DNA of 64,000 nucleotides from Desulfomonilia bacterium (lineage in GTDB: Bacteria; Desulfobacterota; Desulfomonilia; UBA1062). Under the pieces are notes generated by a model. That model saw only the letters and a list, made by a program, of their open reading frames with translations. It was not told the DNA's origin and made no database searches. Below, one piece after another: positions 30,388 to 39,577 of this stretch (positions are counted from its first letter, which is position 1; every line of letters begins with the position of its first letter). The stretch covers positions 64,001 through 128,000 of the forward strand of contig CAXXDQ010000002.1 in NCBI GenBank assembly GCA_963664325.2. Direction: 5' to 3'. The position numbers were made by a program, and so were the translations under genes.

Positions 30388-31944
30388 TTACCGCCTTGCA
30401 AGGTAACCGTTGAGGATATCCTTGTTGATTCCAGGCTCTTCTTCAACGGTTTTCAGGTCTATTTTTCCTGTTTTTATTGCATTCGCAAGGCTTTCTTCGA
30501 CCGGGAAATATTCACCTTGAAGAGATTGAGCCTGGCCCTTGATAAAATGAATTTTGTTTTCACGAATAAATTTTTGGACCCTTGCTTTTCCGAGGAGAAG
30601 TTCCCAGACGAGTGCCCCGCCTTTATTCTCTTGAGCTCCAATTCGTTTAATTGAGAAAACACCCATAAGAGAATGAGAGAACAGGGCCTTCATATTTTCA
30701 TCTGATAATAGAGAAAGATATTGGTCGGTAGTGCTGAAAACATCTATACCCAGCATTCCAACAATTACAAGAATTCCTTTCTGTGATGCCTGCAGCGCAA
30801 TTTTTGCCATAAAGGCATCAGTTACCTTTGAAAATACAAGGATATCAGGATCATATTTGAAAACATCTTCGAACAGTACTGATATATCTTTTGTTGTATC
30901 TTTTCCAATTTCGCGCTGAATAACATTTGCAAGTTTATGTTCATGGAGATATTCAATAGGGTCTTCAAACGTAACGATGTTGCAGCTTTTGTTTGAGTTT
31001 ATATAATCAATAACAGTAGCAATAGCTATGTTTTTCCCCTGTCCCACAGGACTTGAAACAATGAATAGTCCTGTTTGAGATGTTAGAGCTGACATTAAAA
31101 AATCAGGAAACCCCTGTGTCTTATAGTTTGGAATATCCTCAACGAGCTTGTGTGCATTTATTGACAGTTCTCCGTCACGGTGCATGAAAATGTATAGCCT
31201 GTATCTGCCGACCCCTCTTTTAATATAGGTAAATTCAACTTCCTTTCTTTCTCTCAATTCTTCGATATATTCTTCTGGCGTGATTTCCTTTATGATCTTA
31301 TCAATTTGGTCTGAGGTAAAGGCCGGAAGATTTGTTCTGGTAAAAATGGCATTTTTCCTGATTGCAGGTGGAGCCCCGATCGTAAGATGAAGGTCTGTCG
31401 TGTCAGGTTCATTTAAAAGCTTAAATATGTAAGTAGCATCGGTACTAATTATATTCATGACATTGGGGTTGCGATCAACGTTTTTCAGGTGAAGATTCAT
31501 CTGGCCATAACCTATTGAATTAAGTGCGGAGAGGATATCTTCCAGTTGGGCTTGAGAAGCCAAGATTACTTTAATATCGCGGTTTAGAAGAAATTTTACA
31601 TTATCAACAAGTACAAGGTTCATTGGGTCTGACATTGCAACCTTCACAACAGGACCTTCAATGGCAATTGGTACAGCCCTAAATTCTTTCATCCTGTCTT
31701 TAGGAATGATTAGCTGAGCCTCTTTAGTAATAATCTCATTTCTCATGTCAAGAAACGGGATACCAGTAAGGTTGCTTAAAATACCAAGGATCTGATCTTC
31801 TGAGAGATATCCTAGTTTTATTAGAGCTTCACCAAGTTTGAGGTCTTGCTTCTGTTGAGTTTCAAGGGCTGTTTTGAGCTTTTGTTCATCCAGGAGTCCA
31901 AGTTCGACCAACACTTCACCAATTCGTTTGCGAGTGTTTTCCAT
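30388..31944 (-). CDS. MshEN/T2SSE_N domain fused to a PilT/PilU-like ATPase fold with degenerate catalytic motifs
   Basis: RIGEVLVELG...LGEALIKLG, VAMSDP, DLHLTIGAPP, TFEDPIEYLH and QREIGKD motifs; Walker and His boxes altered. Confidence 0.8.
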   Translation of the reverse strand: MENTRKRIGEVLVELGLLDEQKLKTALETQQKQDLKLGEALIKLGYLSEDQILGILSNLTGIPFLDMRNEIITKEAQLIIPKDRMKEFRAVPIAIEGPVVKVAMSDPMNLVLVDNVKFLLNRDIKVILASQAQLEDILSALNSIGYGQMNLHLKNVDRNPNVMNIISTDATYIFKLLNEPDTTDLHLTIGAPPAIRKNAIFTRTNLPAFTSDQIDKIIKEITPEEYIEELRERKEVEFTYIKRGVGRYRLYIFMHRDGELSINAHKLVEDIPNYKTQGFPDFLMSALTSQTGLFIVSSPVGQGKNIAIATVIDYINSNKSCNIVTFEDPIEYLHEHKLANVIQREIGKDTTKDISVLFEDVFKYDPDILVFSKVTDAFMAKIALQASQKGILVIVGMLGIDVFSTTDQYLSLLSDENMKALFSHSLMGVFSIKRIGAQENKGGALVWELLLGKARVQKFIRENKIHFIKGQAQSLQGEYFPVEESLANAIKTGKIDLKTVEEEPGINKDILNGYLARR

Positions 31945-32046
31945 GAAACTCTCCTTTTATAATCGGGTATCAGCGTAAAGCAAAGATACGAGTATTCTAT
32001 GAATTATAATAGGTAATAATAAAAGGGAAAAAAATATATGCTGAAT

Positions 32047-32076
32047 AAAAAAGCGGGGTAATTGCCCCGCCTTTTT
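32047..32076 (-). terminator. Rho-independent terminator after the beta-barrel gene
   Basis: AAAAAAGCGGGGTAATTGCCCCGCCTTTTT: GC stem with A/T tracts on both sides. Confidence 0.7.
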
Positions 32077-32098
32077 GAAACATACTTTCTTATCTGAA

Positions 32099-33946
32099 TT
32101 ATTTTTCCTGCATCTCAGTTGTTGTTACTTGGGCCAGTGCATTGGAATTGATGTTGAACTTGAAGTCGATCTTGAACTGGACAGTCCATGCGTTTGTTAG
32201 TTCGAATTTGTCAGCGCTCAGGTTGGGGCCATATATTGTATATTCTTTAACATCAGGATCAACCGCAGTCGTATCAAGCCACTTAACCAGATAAGGTTTT
32301 GGGGTCAACGTGTCCTTATAGAAATCTCCGGCCCAGAAATAGGAACCTATCAATGAAACATCAAGGCCGGGGAAAAGGTTGTAAGTAAGAAAGCCTGTAA
32401 GTTCTGTGCCAAGATATGGCGACACGTTGGTTGTATACTTCACGCTATTATCCATAAATACGAACGGGACTATACTGTGACCCTGGTAGTCAGTATATTG
32501 GAACCATAAGGCGTAATTGATTGGGAATGATGACCAGTATTCATCCTCAAAATATTTAACATTTGAGCGCCATGCTGCAACTGCCTGTCCCTGGAATTCC
32601 CATTTCTTGGCAAAACGGTATTTTGCACCAAGCCTTCCCATTGTCATATTGTTGAAACTTATATCGTTCTGGTCGAAGGCCTCTTTTGTGGCAATGTTAA
32701 CAAGCGCGTTAAAATATTTGTCTTCAACTTCACCGAGAAGAATAACATCTAATACTGACGGTGTCCTGTATCCTTTTGGATTATATTCATCCCACAAGAA
32801 TCCATTTATTTCAGTCCAATGGCTGATGCCTGTAGTATAAACAGCCGTTGCAAAAGGAGTCACTTTACCGATGTCATAAGAGACATCAAATAGTGCAATA
32901 CCAACTTTACCTTCGACAGGCCCCATGTCTTTTATGGGCAGATAATGTGCGGAACCCGGTATATAGCTTGGAAAGGAATATCCTGCTGGGGCCTGGGCAT
33001 TACCATTGTCCATGAGGGCTTTAAGATCGTCACCGATACTGCTTTTCGTTATCTCCGCCAAGGTGCCCATTCCGGTACCGAGATAATGGAAATAATGGAG
33101 ATTGCCTTTGTTATAGTTGAATTTCCACTGGGGCAGGCATATCCTCATATTGGTGGCAGCCGATTTGGATGCGCCCAGACGGAAATCAAGCCACTGCTCT
33201 GATTTTAATGTCTTGTCGGGTTTTTCATATATGGTGACAACCCTTATTTCATCCATGTCATCCCTGTCCAGGTAATCGCCGTTTCTGGTGTTAGGGTTAT
33301 AGTAAGGGACATCAGGGTCTTCATAATAATACTTTTGCTCGGCTTTCTTGTTCCAGGCAACGGCAAAAGTCCAGCCGGGCAGGGCCTCATCAAACTGTGC
33401 CGCCCATACAAGACCATTGCTGCCGTCATTAAAGCGGCCGGCAACAAACAGCCCTACCGGCGTAATCATCTGGACAAAGGCCTCGGTCAGCCTTATTTCC
33501 TGGTCAGCCTTCTTTTTTGAATAAAGTACATAACCATTGCCCTGGTCAATTGGCTCGTATAGCGTTTTGGTGTTGTCGTCAGAACTGAATATCATATAAT
33601 CAATATCAACTCGTGCCTGGAATGTAAGTTTGTCAGTAAAAGCAATTGACGGGACAAGGAAAAGCTCATTTTCGAGCCAGGCCTCGATTTTATCTGTCTG
33701 GCCATTTGCCGGGTTAAGATCACTATTACTAGGTGGTGGGGAAATATTATACTGGGCTTTCTGGTTGCCGTCGTATCCGTTGATATCGCGTTCATGAAAA
33801 TATTTTCCGAACATCTGGTAATCACCCTCAAGCCCGATTTTAACGTCCTTCCAGTTCCATTGGGCTGCTTCGTTAACGGCAAATGCGGCGCTTGAGATAA
33901 CCATGAGAGTAAACAGGATAAGAAAAAGCTTATAAAGGAACCTCAT
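32099..33946 (-). CDS. Exported protein, probable outer-membrane beta-barrel (porin-like)
   Basis: Signal peptide (SAAFA), aromatic-rich alternating strands, YLGTELTG...YNLFPGLDVSLIGSYFWAGDFY and WTVQFKIDFKF near the C-terminus. Confidence 0.65.
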   Translation of the reverse strand: MRFLYKLFLILFTLMVISSAAFAVNEAAQWNWKDVKIGLEGDYQMFGKYFHERDINGYDGNQKAQYNISPPPSNSDLNPANGQTDKIEAWLENELFLVPSIAFTDKLTFQARVDIDYMIFSSDDNTKTLYEPIDQGNGYVLYSKKKADQEIRLTEAFVQMITPVGLFVAGRFNDGSNGLVWAAQFDEALPGWTFAVAWNKKAEQKYYYEDPDVPYYNPNTRNGDYLDRDDMDEIRVVTIYEKPDKTLKSEQWLDFRLGASKSAATNMRICLPQWKFNYNKGNLHYFHYLGTGMGTLAEITKSSIGDDLKALMDNGNAQAPAGYSFPSYIPGSAHYLPIKDMGPVEGKVGIALFDVSYDIGKVTPFATAVYTTGISHWTEINGFLWDEYNPKGYRTPSVLDVILLGEVEDKYFNALVNIATKEAFDQNDISFNNMTMGRLGAKYRFAKKWEFQGQAVAAWRSNVKYFEDEYWSSFPINYALWFQYTDYQGHSIVPFVFMDNSVKYTTNVSPYLGTELTGFLTYNLFPGLDVSLIGSYFWAGDFYKDTLTPKPYLVKWLDTTAVDPDVKEYTIYGPNLSADKFELTNAWTVQFKIDFKFNINSNALAQVTTTEMQEK

Positions 33947-33977
33947 GTAATCCTCCTCAAATTTTGTTTATCTATGC

Positions 33978-34012
33978 AATCAAAGCAGGGCCTTTTAAGC
34001 CCTGCTTTGATT
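33978..34012. terminator. Perfect hairpin between lipoprotein and beta-barrel genes (terminator or mRNA stabiliser)
   Basis: AATCAAAGCAGGGC-CTTTTAA-GCCCTGCTTTGATT, 14-bp stem. Confidence 0.6.
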
Positions 34013-34053
34013 TTATAACGATATGCCCTAAATGTTCAATGATTAAATTAATT

Positions 34054-35826
34054 TTAATCCAAGTTGACTGTGTTGATGAAGCAGAGACCTGATTTGCCTA
34101 AAGATGCTTCTTCTGTTGCCATTGTCAGGAAACAGCGGCCCGCATCGGAGAAGGAGCTGGCATCCGACAGGATCATGCCGAAGCCGAAATCTTCATTGTC
34201 ATCGCCGGGGTCGTTTGGATCATCTCCTGCAATTTTACCTTCAAGCTTTGCGCCCATCAGTATGGACAGTTTAAGGTCGCCCTTGGCGGGGTTGTCTGAA
34301 GGGAGCATAGCCTTGAGGCCGTCTACAAGTGATGCAACAAAAGTTGGTGAATGATCGAACATCATGATGCCCCTGTCGTCTTTCAATATTGCGCAATGGG
34401 CATATTCAGGCACCAAGGTCAGATAAATATCCAGGTAGGATCCAAAATCCTTGTACTTATCATTCTTAATTTCAGCATTGTGTGCACCTGCGTCAAGCTT
34501 GAATGCCAGATCGAGGGACATCATCCATTTCGGGACGCCCACCTCCTGGTATTCGATTCTGAGGTCGTTGATTATAAGGAGCGGCTTGTCTGTCGAGAAA
34601 TCAAACGTTATCCCTTCTTTCTTGAATGATATCTTCATTTTCTTATCGATGTCCGCTGTGGATACAGCTGTGGGTATATAAAGGGCTTGGTTAAGAACTA
34701 TGTTGCCGTTGAGCAGTGAACCCACAAACTGGGACATGTTTTCCTGCGATAGGCTAACCTCGATTGCTGAAGGGTCTCTGGTAAATTTATCAAGGGGAAT
34801 TTCAGAATTGCTGCCTGAATATAGCCTAACACCGCTGGGGAATGTTGATATTTTATCTGCAGGTTGGGCAGCATCCGGCATGAAGAGGCCTATGCTTAGG
34901 GCTGCCATGTCATCTGTCGTACTTTTCGGAATGCCGTTTATATCAAGGAAAAGATATCTCATATCTAGAGAAAGGCCGTCCATGTTAACATCTTCTGTAG
35001 TAGGGTCCTCATCCAGATCGGCCATTCCGCCAAGCATTGATTTAAGTTCCATTGATTTGATACCCATATCGATTGGAATTTGGAGAAATTGCCATAACAC
35101 GGGAACAACAAGCTTAAGTGTCGGAGAGACTTCACCCGTTTCGTTGCCTTTAAGGCCGTCAGAAAGTCCAAGAATTGCCGGTACACCAAGGTCAGCCTCC
35201 ATTATCCCTGTGGTTTGTCCTGCCTTTGGTTTCAGACTATTGATCGTTATTCCGCTAAGCGACATTCCGGCAGCGCTTGCTAATATATCCTTGCCAATCA
35301 ATACGCCAAGCCCGTTTCTTATAAGTGAACTGTATGCAGGCGTATCGACTGTCGTAAAAACATATTTTGCCTTTGAGGCCTGCTTGTTCGGATGAAGAGC
35401 CTGGATAAGAACCGGGATCAATTTGTCGGTATCAGATACAGGGTAGTTGCAGGTAAATAGATTAAGATCTGTATTATAGGTTGCCGTTATCTGGTATTCG
35501 CCGCCATCACCTACAAGGACTTTGTCGACAGGGAATGTTCCTCCTTCTACCCTGATACCGAATTTTGCTTTTGTGCCAGGATCAAGTTTTGCACCATCAT
35601 CAATAATCAGGTAGCCTCTTCCATCCCCCGAATCCTGAAGGAGCGTGATCGTCGATGCATCGGCATAGGTTGTTGCTTCTATTGCAACGCCAGGTTTGCC
35701 AGATGCCTCGCTGCTTGTCGATACTACATCGGATTCGCTGCCACCGCCTGAACAACCTGCCAATATCGACAGGATCAATGCGATCATGATTAAAGGTATC
35801 AAGTTTGCAAGTTTCTTCATTGCCAT
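34054..35826 (-). CDS. Large lipoprotein of unknown function
   Basis: MKK-hydrophobic-LAGC lipobox, Ser/Gly linker and C-terminal SGLCFINT motif. Confidence 0.75.
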   Translation of the reverse strand: MAMKKLANLIPLIMIALILSILAGCSGGGSESDVVSTSSEASGKPGVAIEATTYADASTITLLQDSGDGRGYLIIDDGAKLDPGTKAKFGIRVEGGTFPVDKVLVGDGGEYQITATYNTDLNLFTCNYPVSDTDKLIPVLIQALHPNKQASKAKYVFTTVDTPAYSSLIRNGLGVLIGKDILASAAGMSLSGITINSLKPKAGQTTGIMEADLGVPAILGLSDGLKGNETGEVSPTLKLVVPVLWQFLQIPIDMGIKSMELKSMLGGMADLDEDPTTEDVNMDGLSLDMRYLFLDINGIPKSTTDDMAALSIGLFMPDAAQPADKISTFPSGVRLYSGSNSEIPLDKFTRDPSAIEVSLSQENMSQFVGSLLNGNIVLNQALYIPTAVSTADIDKKMKISFKKEGITFDFSTDKPLLIINDLRIEYQEVGVPKWMMSLDLAFKLDAGAHNAEIKNDKYKDFGSYLDIYLTLVPEYAHCAILKDDRGIMMFDHSPTFVASLVDGLKAMLPSDNPAKGDLKLSILMGAKLEGKIAGDDPNDPGDDNEDFGFGMILSDASSFSDAGRCFLTMATEEASLGKSGLCFINTVNLD

Positions 35827-35866
35827 CCCCCTTATATATAGGTGTTTTTTCTTTTATTTCATTTCG

Positions 35867-35882
35867 AGCAATATATATGCCA
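35867..35882 (-). promoter_or_regulatory. Putative sigma-54 (-24/-12) promoter of the lipoprotein gene
   Basis: Minus strand TGGCATATATATTGCT, exact GG-N10-GC spacing, about 40 nt upstream of the start codon. Confidence 0.6.
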
Positions 35883-36134
35883 TCACTCTAAATAAAAATT
35901 AATGTTAAAACCGACCAGATTTTAACCAATAAATCAGCAAGTTATAATGGTATAATAGGACTTCCCCAAAACTTGCATGACATTCTAACTGTTCAATGTT
36001 TAATTTTAAGTGAAAAAAAATTCTTTGCAAGAGAAATGTTTTACCATGCTTTATAAAATAATTAAAGACATATGAGAGTCAAGTGTTGAGCCATGGTTTG
36101 ACCGCCTTTGACTCGTGTGATAATGATCTCAGAC

Positions 36135-36231
36135 GGAAGCGGTCAGGTCCTGGTGGTCCTCCCGGACTTCAAATCCGGTGTGCTGGTCGTCGAGATTGGC
36201 TGGTGGGTTCGATTCCCATGCGCTTCCGCCA
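36135..36231 (+). tRNA. selC: tRNA-Sec (anticodon UCA)
   Basis: CCGGA-CT-TCA-AA-TCCGG anticodon arm, 6-bp D-stem with 4-nt loop, long variable arm, GGAAGCG/CGCTTCC acceptor stem and GCCA end; 97 nt. Confidence 0.95.
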
Positions 36232-36383
36232 TATTCCCGAATTATCAGTTCTGATAAAAATATCATGGGATTTCTCATGATGATTTTCTATATGGATTGA
36301 GCCTAAATACTGGTGATTAATTATTCAAGAAAAGGCCGGAAATTTCCGTTAAAATAAAAAACTCGCTAAAAGGAGAAATTTAC

Positions 36384-37076
36384 GTGGAATACACAGAAGA
36401 AGTTCAGCACATGTGCCAGGTGGTGAAAGGCCCCAGGAACGGACCTGCGCCTATTCCCGAGGAAGGAAAATGGATACAGGCAAAAGAAATAAAAGACATT
36501 TCAGGTCTCACGCACGGTGTTGGTTGGTGCGCGCCGCAGCAGGGCGCCTGCAAACTTACTCTCAATGTCAAGGATGGTGTAATCCAGGAAGCCCTTGTTG
36601 AAACAATCGGCTGCACGGGCATGACTCATTCCGCTGCAATGGCAGCCGAGATCATGCCTGGTAAAACAATCCTGGAATCCCTCAACACCGACCTAGTCTG
36701 TGATGCAATAAACACGGCCATGCGCGAGCTGTTTTTGCAGATTGCATACGGCCGTACTCAGACGGCTTTTTCTGAGGGCGGACTGCCTGTCGGCGCCAGC
36801 CTTGAAGACTTAGGTAAAGGTCTTTGCAGCGTATGTGGAACCATGTTCGGCACAATTGCCAAAGGACCGCGCTATCTGGAAATGGCCGAGGGCTATGTGC
36901 TCGAACTTGCATTGGATGCGGACAACGAGATCATCGGCTATAAATTTGTCCATATCGGCCGCATGATGGAGATGATCAGGAAGGGCACTGACGCAAACGA
37001 GGCGCTCAAAAAGGCTACAGGTGCTTACGGCCGCTTTGCCGAGGCGGTCAAGGTAATCAATCCGCGGCACGAGTAG
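36384..37076 (+). CDS. IscU/NifU-N-like protein associated with GGGtGRT
   Basis: GWCAPQQGACKL, ETIGCTGMTHS and DLVCDAIN motifs; GTG start after AAGGAG. Confidence 0.8.
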   Translation: MEYTEEVQHMCQVVKGPRNGPAPIPEEGKWIQAKEIKDISGLTHGVGWCAPQQGACKLTLNVKDGVIQEALVETIGCTGMTHSAAMAAEIMPGKTILESLNTDLVCDAINTAMRELFLQIAYGRTQTAFSEGGLPVGASLEDLGKGLCSVCGTMFGTIAKGPRYLEMAEGYVLELALDADNEIIGYKFVHIGRMMEMIRKGTDANEALKKATGAYGRFAEAVKVINPRHE

Positions 37077-37087
37077 GGGAGGAGAAT

Positions 37088-38086
37088 ATGGCACTCTTTG
37101 AAGGATACGAAAGAAGGATTGCACAAATAAACCCTGTGCTTGAGAAATACGGTATTGCATCAATTGAAGAAGCGGAAAAAATCTGCAAAGAAAAAGGTCT
37201 TGACATATATAAGATAGTCAAAGACGTACAGCCGATATGCTTTGAGAATGCCTGCTGGGCATATGTTATGGGTGCTGCGATCGCCATCAAAAAGGGTCAG
37301 AAAAAGGCAGCCGAGATCGCAGAAACCCTGGGTGAAGGTCTACAGGCTTTCTGCATTCCGGGTTCGGTGGCGGATGACAGGAAGGTCGGCATCGGCCATG
37401 GTAATCTGGCCGCCATGCTGCTCAGGGAAGAAACGAAATGCTTTGCATTCCTTGCTGGCCATGAATCGTTTGCAGCGGCCGAAGGCGCAATAGGCCTTGC
37501 TAAATCAGCAAACAGGGCGCGAAAAGAACCTTTGAAAGTAATCCTTAACGGTCTTGGCAAGGATGCAGCCCATATTATTTCCCGTGTCAATGGATTCACC
37601 CATGTCGTGACAAAGTACGATTATCTCTCAGGCAAGCTCACGATAGTCAGCGAAAAAGCATATTCAACAGGAGAACGTGCAAAGGTCAGGTGCTATGGGG
37701 CTGACGATGTACGCGAAGGCGTGGCCATCAACCATTATGAGGGTGTTGACGTGTCGATTACGGGAAATTCCACAAACCCGACCCGCTTCCAGCATCCGGT
37801 AGCAGGAACATATAAAAAGGAGTGTCAGGAACAGGGAAAAAAATATTTCTCAGTGGCATCAGGCGGAGGAACCGGACGAACACTTCATCCCGACAACATG
37901 GCAGCCGGACCTGCATCATACGGCATGACCGATACAATGGGCCGCATGCATTCGGATGCCCAGTTCGCAGGCTCTTCATCCGTGCCTGCGCATGTCGAGA
38001 TGATGGGTTTTCTCGGAATGGGAAACAACCCGATGGTGGGTGCGTCGGTAGCGGTTGCTGTTGCAGTGGAACAAGCCATGAAATAG
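37088..38086 (+). CDS. GGGtGRT family protein
   Basis: Signature SVASGGGTGRTLHPDN; N-terminus MALFEGYERRI. Confidence 0.93.
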   Translation: MALFEGYERRIAQINPVLEKYGIASIEEAEKICKEKGLDIYKIVKDVQPICFENACWAYVMGAAIAIKKGQKKAAEIAETLGEGLQAFCIPGSVADDRKVGIGHGNLAAMLLREETKCFAFLAGHESFAAAEGAIGLAKSANRARKEPLKVILNGLGKDAAHIISRVNGFTHVVTKYDYLSGKLTIVSEKAYSTGERAKVRCYGADDVREGVAINHYEGVDVSITGNSTNPTRFQHPVAGTYKKECQEQGKKYFSVASGGGTGRTLHPDNMAAGPASYGMTDTMGRMHSDAQFAGSSSVPAHVEMMGFLGMGNNPMVGASVAVAVAVEQAMK

Positions 38087-38245
38087 AGAAGCAGGGCCTG
38101 ATAACTAAGGAACATCAGCTGATAAGCTGTGAAGTAAAAAACATTTGTAACATTTAACTCAGCCTGACAACTTATCAGTTCATCAGCTGATTAAAATGTT
38201 TTTAGAATTGCGAAATATGCCTGACTCTGTTTGACGCAATAGCCG

Positions 38246-39256
38246 TTAGAACTGAAGCTTTAAATCCGCGCCGGCGGCCCAGCCGCTGAAATGTTCACCC
38301 CAGAAGTATGATGCGCCTATGCCCAGCCAGCGGGTTTTCCAGAGTTTGCCCAGCATGTCGAGGACGATCCGTCCGTTTACGGTGTAAATACAGTTTTCTT
38401 GAAAACCTTCGGATGCATCACCGAAAAGCCCAGTGACGGCTATAAATCCGCCGGTATGAAGTTCCCGGCTAATCAGATTGATTCCCAGAGGCACATCGAT
38501 ATCAATCTTGTTTTCCCATGTCTGGGAGTTTCCGTTTACCTTGAGATCCGGTGAAGAACTTCTGAAGTCTTCTGTATGAAAATAATTAAAGCGCGAATAG
38601 AACTCGAATGAAGTACGCTTTAGATTGAATGTGTATTTTATATCCAGTGATGGAACCACTGTCCATGTATCCATTTCCCAATCCACTAGCGTCCCCGAGA
38701 ATGCGGCATTGAATTCATCGCCAAGGGAATTGCCGGGCTTGAACTTGTTGTCGGTATGCCCGTAAATAAAGCTCACAACCGGAGCTGTGCTCAAATGTTC
38801 GGTAAAAAAGAGTCTTGCCCCTGCACCCAACTCGATGAAAAAATTGTCATAATAATTGGAATTACCATCAAGATATCCTGAATAGTAATTATAATTTGCC
38901 GTCATATAGCCCAGGTTACCCTTGAGAACAGGCGCCCATTTGATGCCGCTCGAACCCATTGATCTTGGAGGGGCCACTGTCCCGCATCCGCCAAGTTTGG
39001 TGATATTCAACTTGATATTGTCGGTTGTCTTGAATTCGTAGAATCCGCCTACTGCACCGTTATCGCCGCCGAGAATAGTAACCGCCTCGATGCGCTGTTC
39101 GGTTGCATTCTCAAGCTGGTCAATGATTTCAGGAGGCGGGGCGGGCAGTGCGTAAACCGAAAGCGGGGCGGATATGAGAATTATCAGTATTAGAAAAAAC
39201 CTGTAAAAACCGTTTTCGATTCTCCATGTTTGGCTGGCTTTACATGAGGTATTCAT
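38246..39256 (-). CDS. Exported beta-barrel protein, solitary autotransporter-barrel-like
   Basis: Signal peptide, amphipathic strands and terminal Phe (DLKLQF); family assignment tentative. Confidence 0.6.
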   Translation of the reverse strand: MNTSCKASQTWRIENGFYRFFLILIILISAPLSVYALPAPPPEIIDQLENATEQRIEAVTILGGDNGAVGGFYEFKTTDNIKLNITKLGGCGTVAPPRSMGSSGIKWAPVLKGNLGYMTANYNYYSGYLDGNSNYYDNFFIELGAGARLFFTEHLSTAPVVSFIYGHTDNKFKPGNSLGDEFNAAFSGTLVDWEMDTWTVVPSLDIKYTFNLKRTSFEFYSRFNYFHTEDFRSSSPDLKVNGNSQTWENKIDIDVPLGINLISRELHTGGFIAVTGLFGDASEGFQENCIYTVNGRIVLDMLGKLWKTRWLGIGASYFWGEHFSGWAAGADLKLQF

Positions 39257-39577
39257 CCGGATATTTTACAGATGTAGTTATCACCATGCAACTCCATCCT
39301 TCATTATTATCGGAACTGGTGCAGAATAGCATGTTAAATGAAAATGATTGAAAGACCATATCATGTTGAATATCTTCAAGGTGAAAAGTACTGCAAGATC
39401 GCTTGGGATAATTGGAGGTCTTTTAGGGCAATTCCATATCGTATTTTCCATATCATCGCTTGTAGGGATGTTCGTATCAGAAAGAAAAACACGGAAAGAA
39501 TGGCCTGAAAATGAGAGGTAAAGAAATAACTTAAATGACAAGGATTTTTATAATTCTGAAATAAGACCAAGCGGCTA

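Noticed and set aside
34700-35395. Long antisense ORFs (also 46237-46923, 53997-54644 and 55273-55797)
   Set aside because: They lie opposite well-supported genes and have no motifs of their own.
36083-36280. 65-aa ORF
   Set aside because: It overlaps tRNA-Sec completely.
39281-39570. Two short minus-strand ORFs between the barrel gene and cbiO
   Set aside because: They overlap each other, are AT-rich and have no recognisable motif or RBS.
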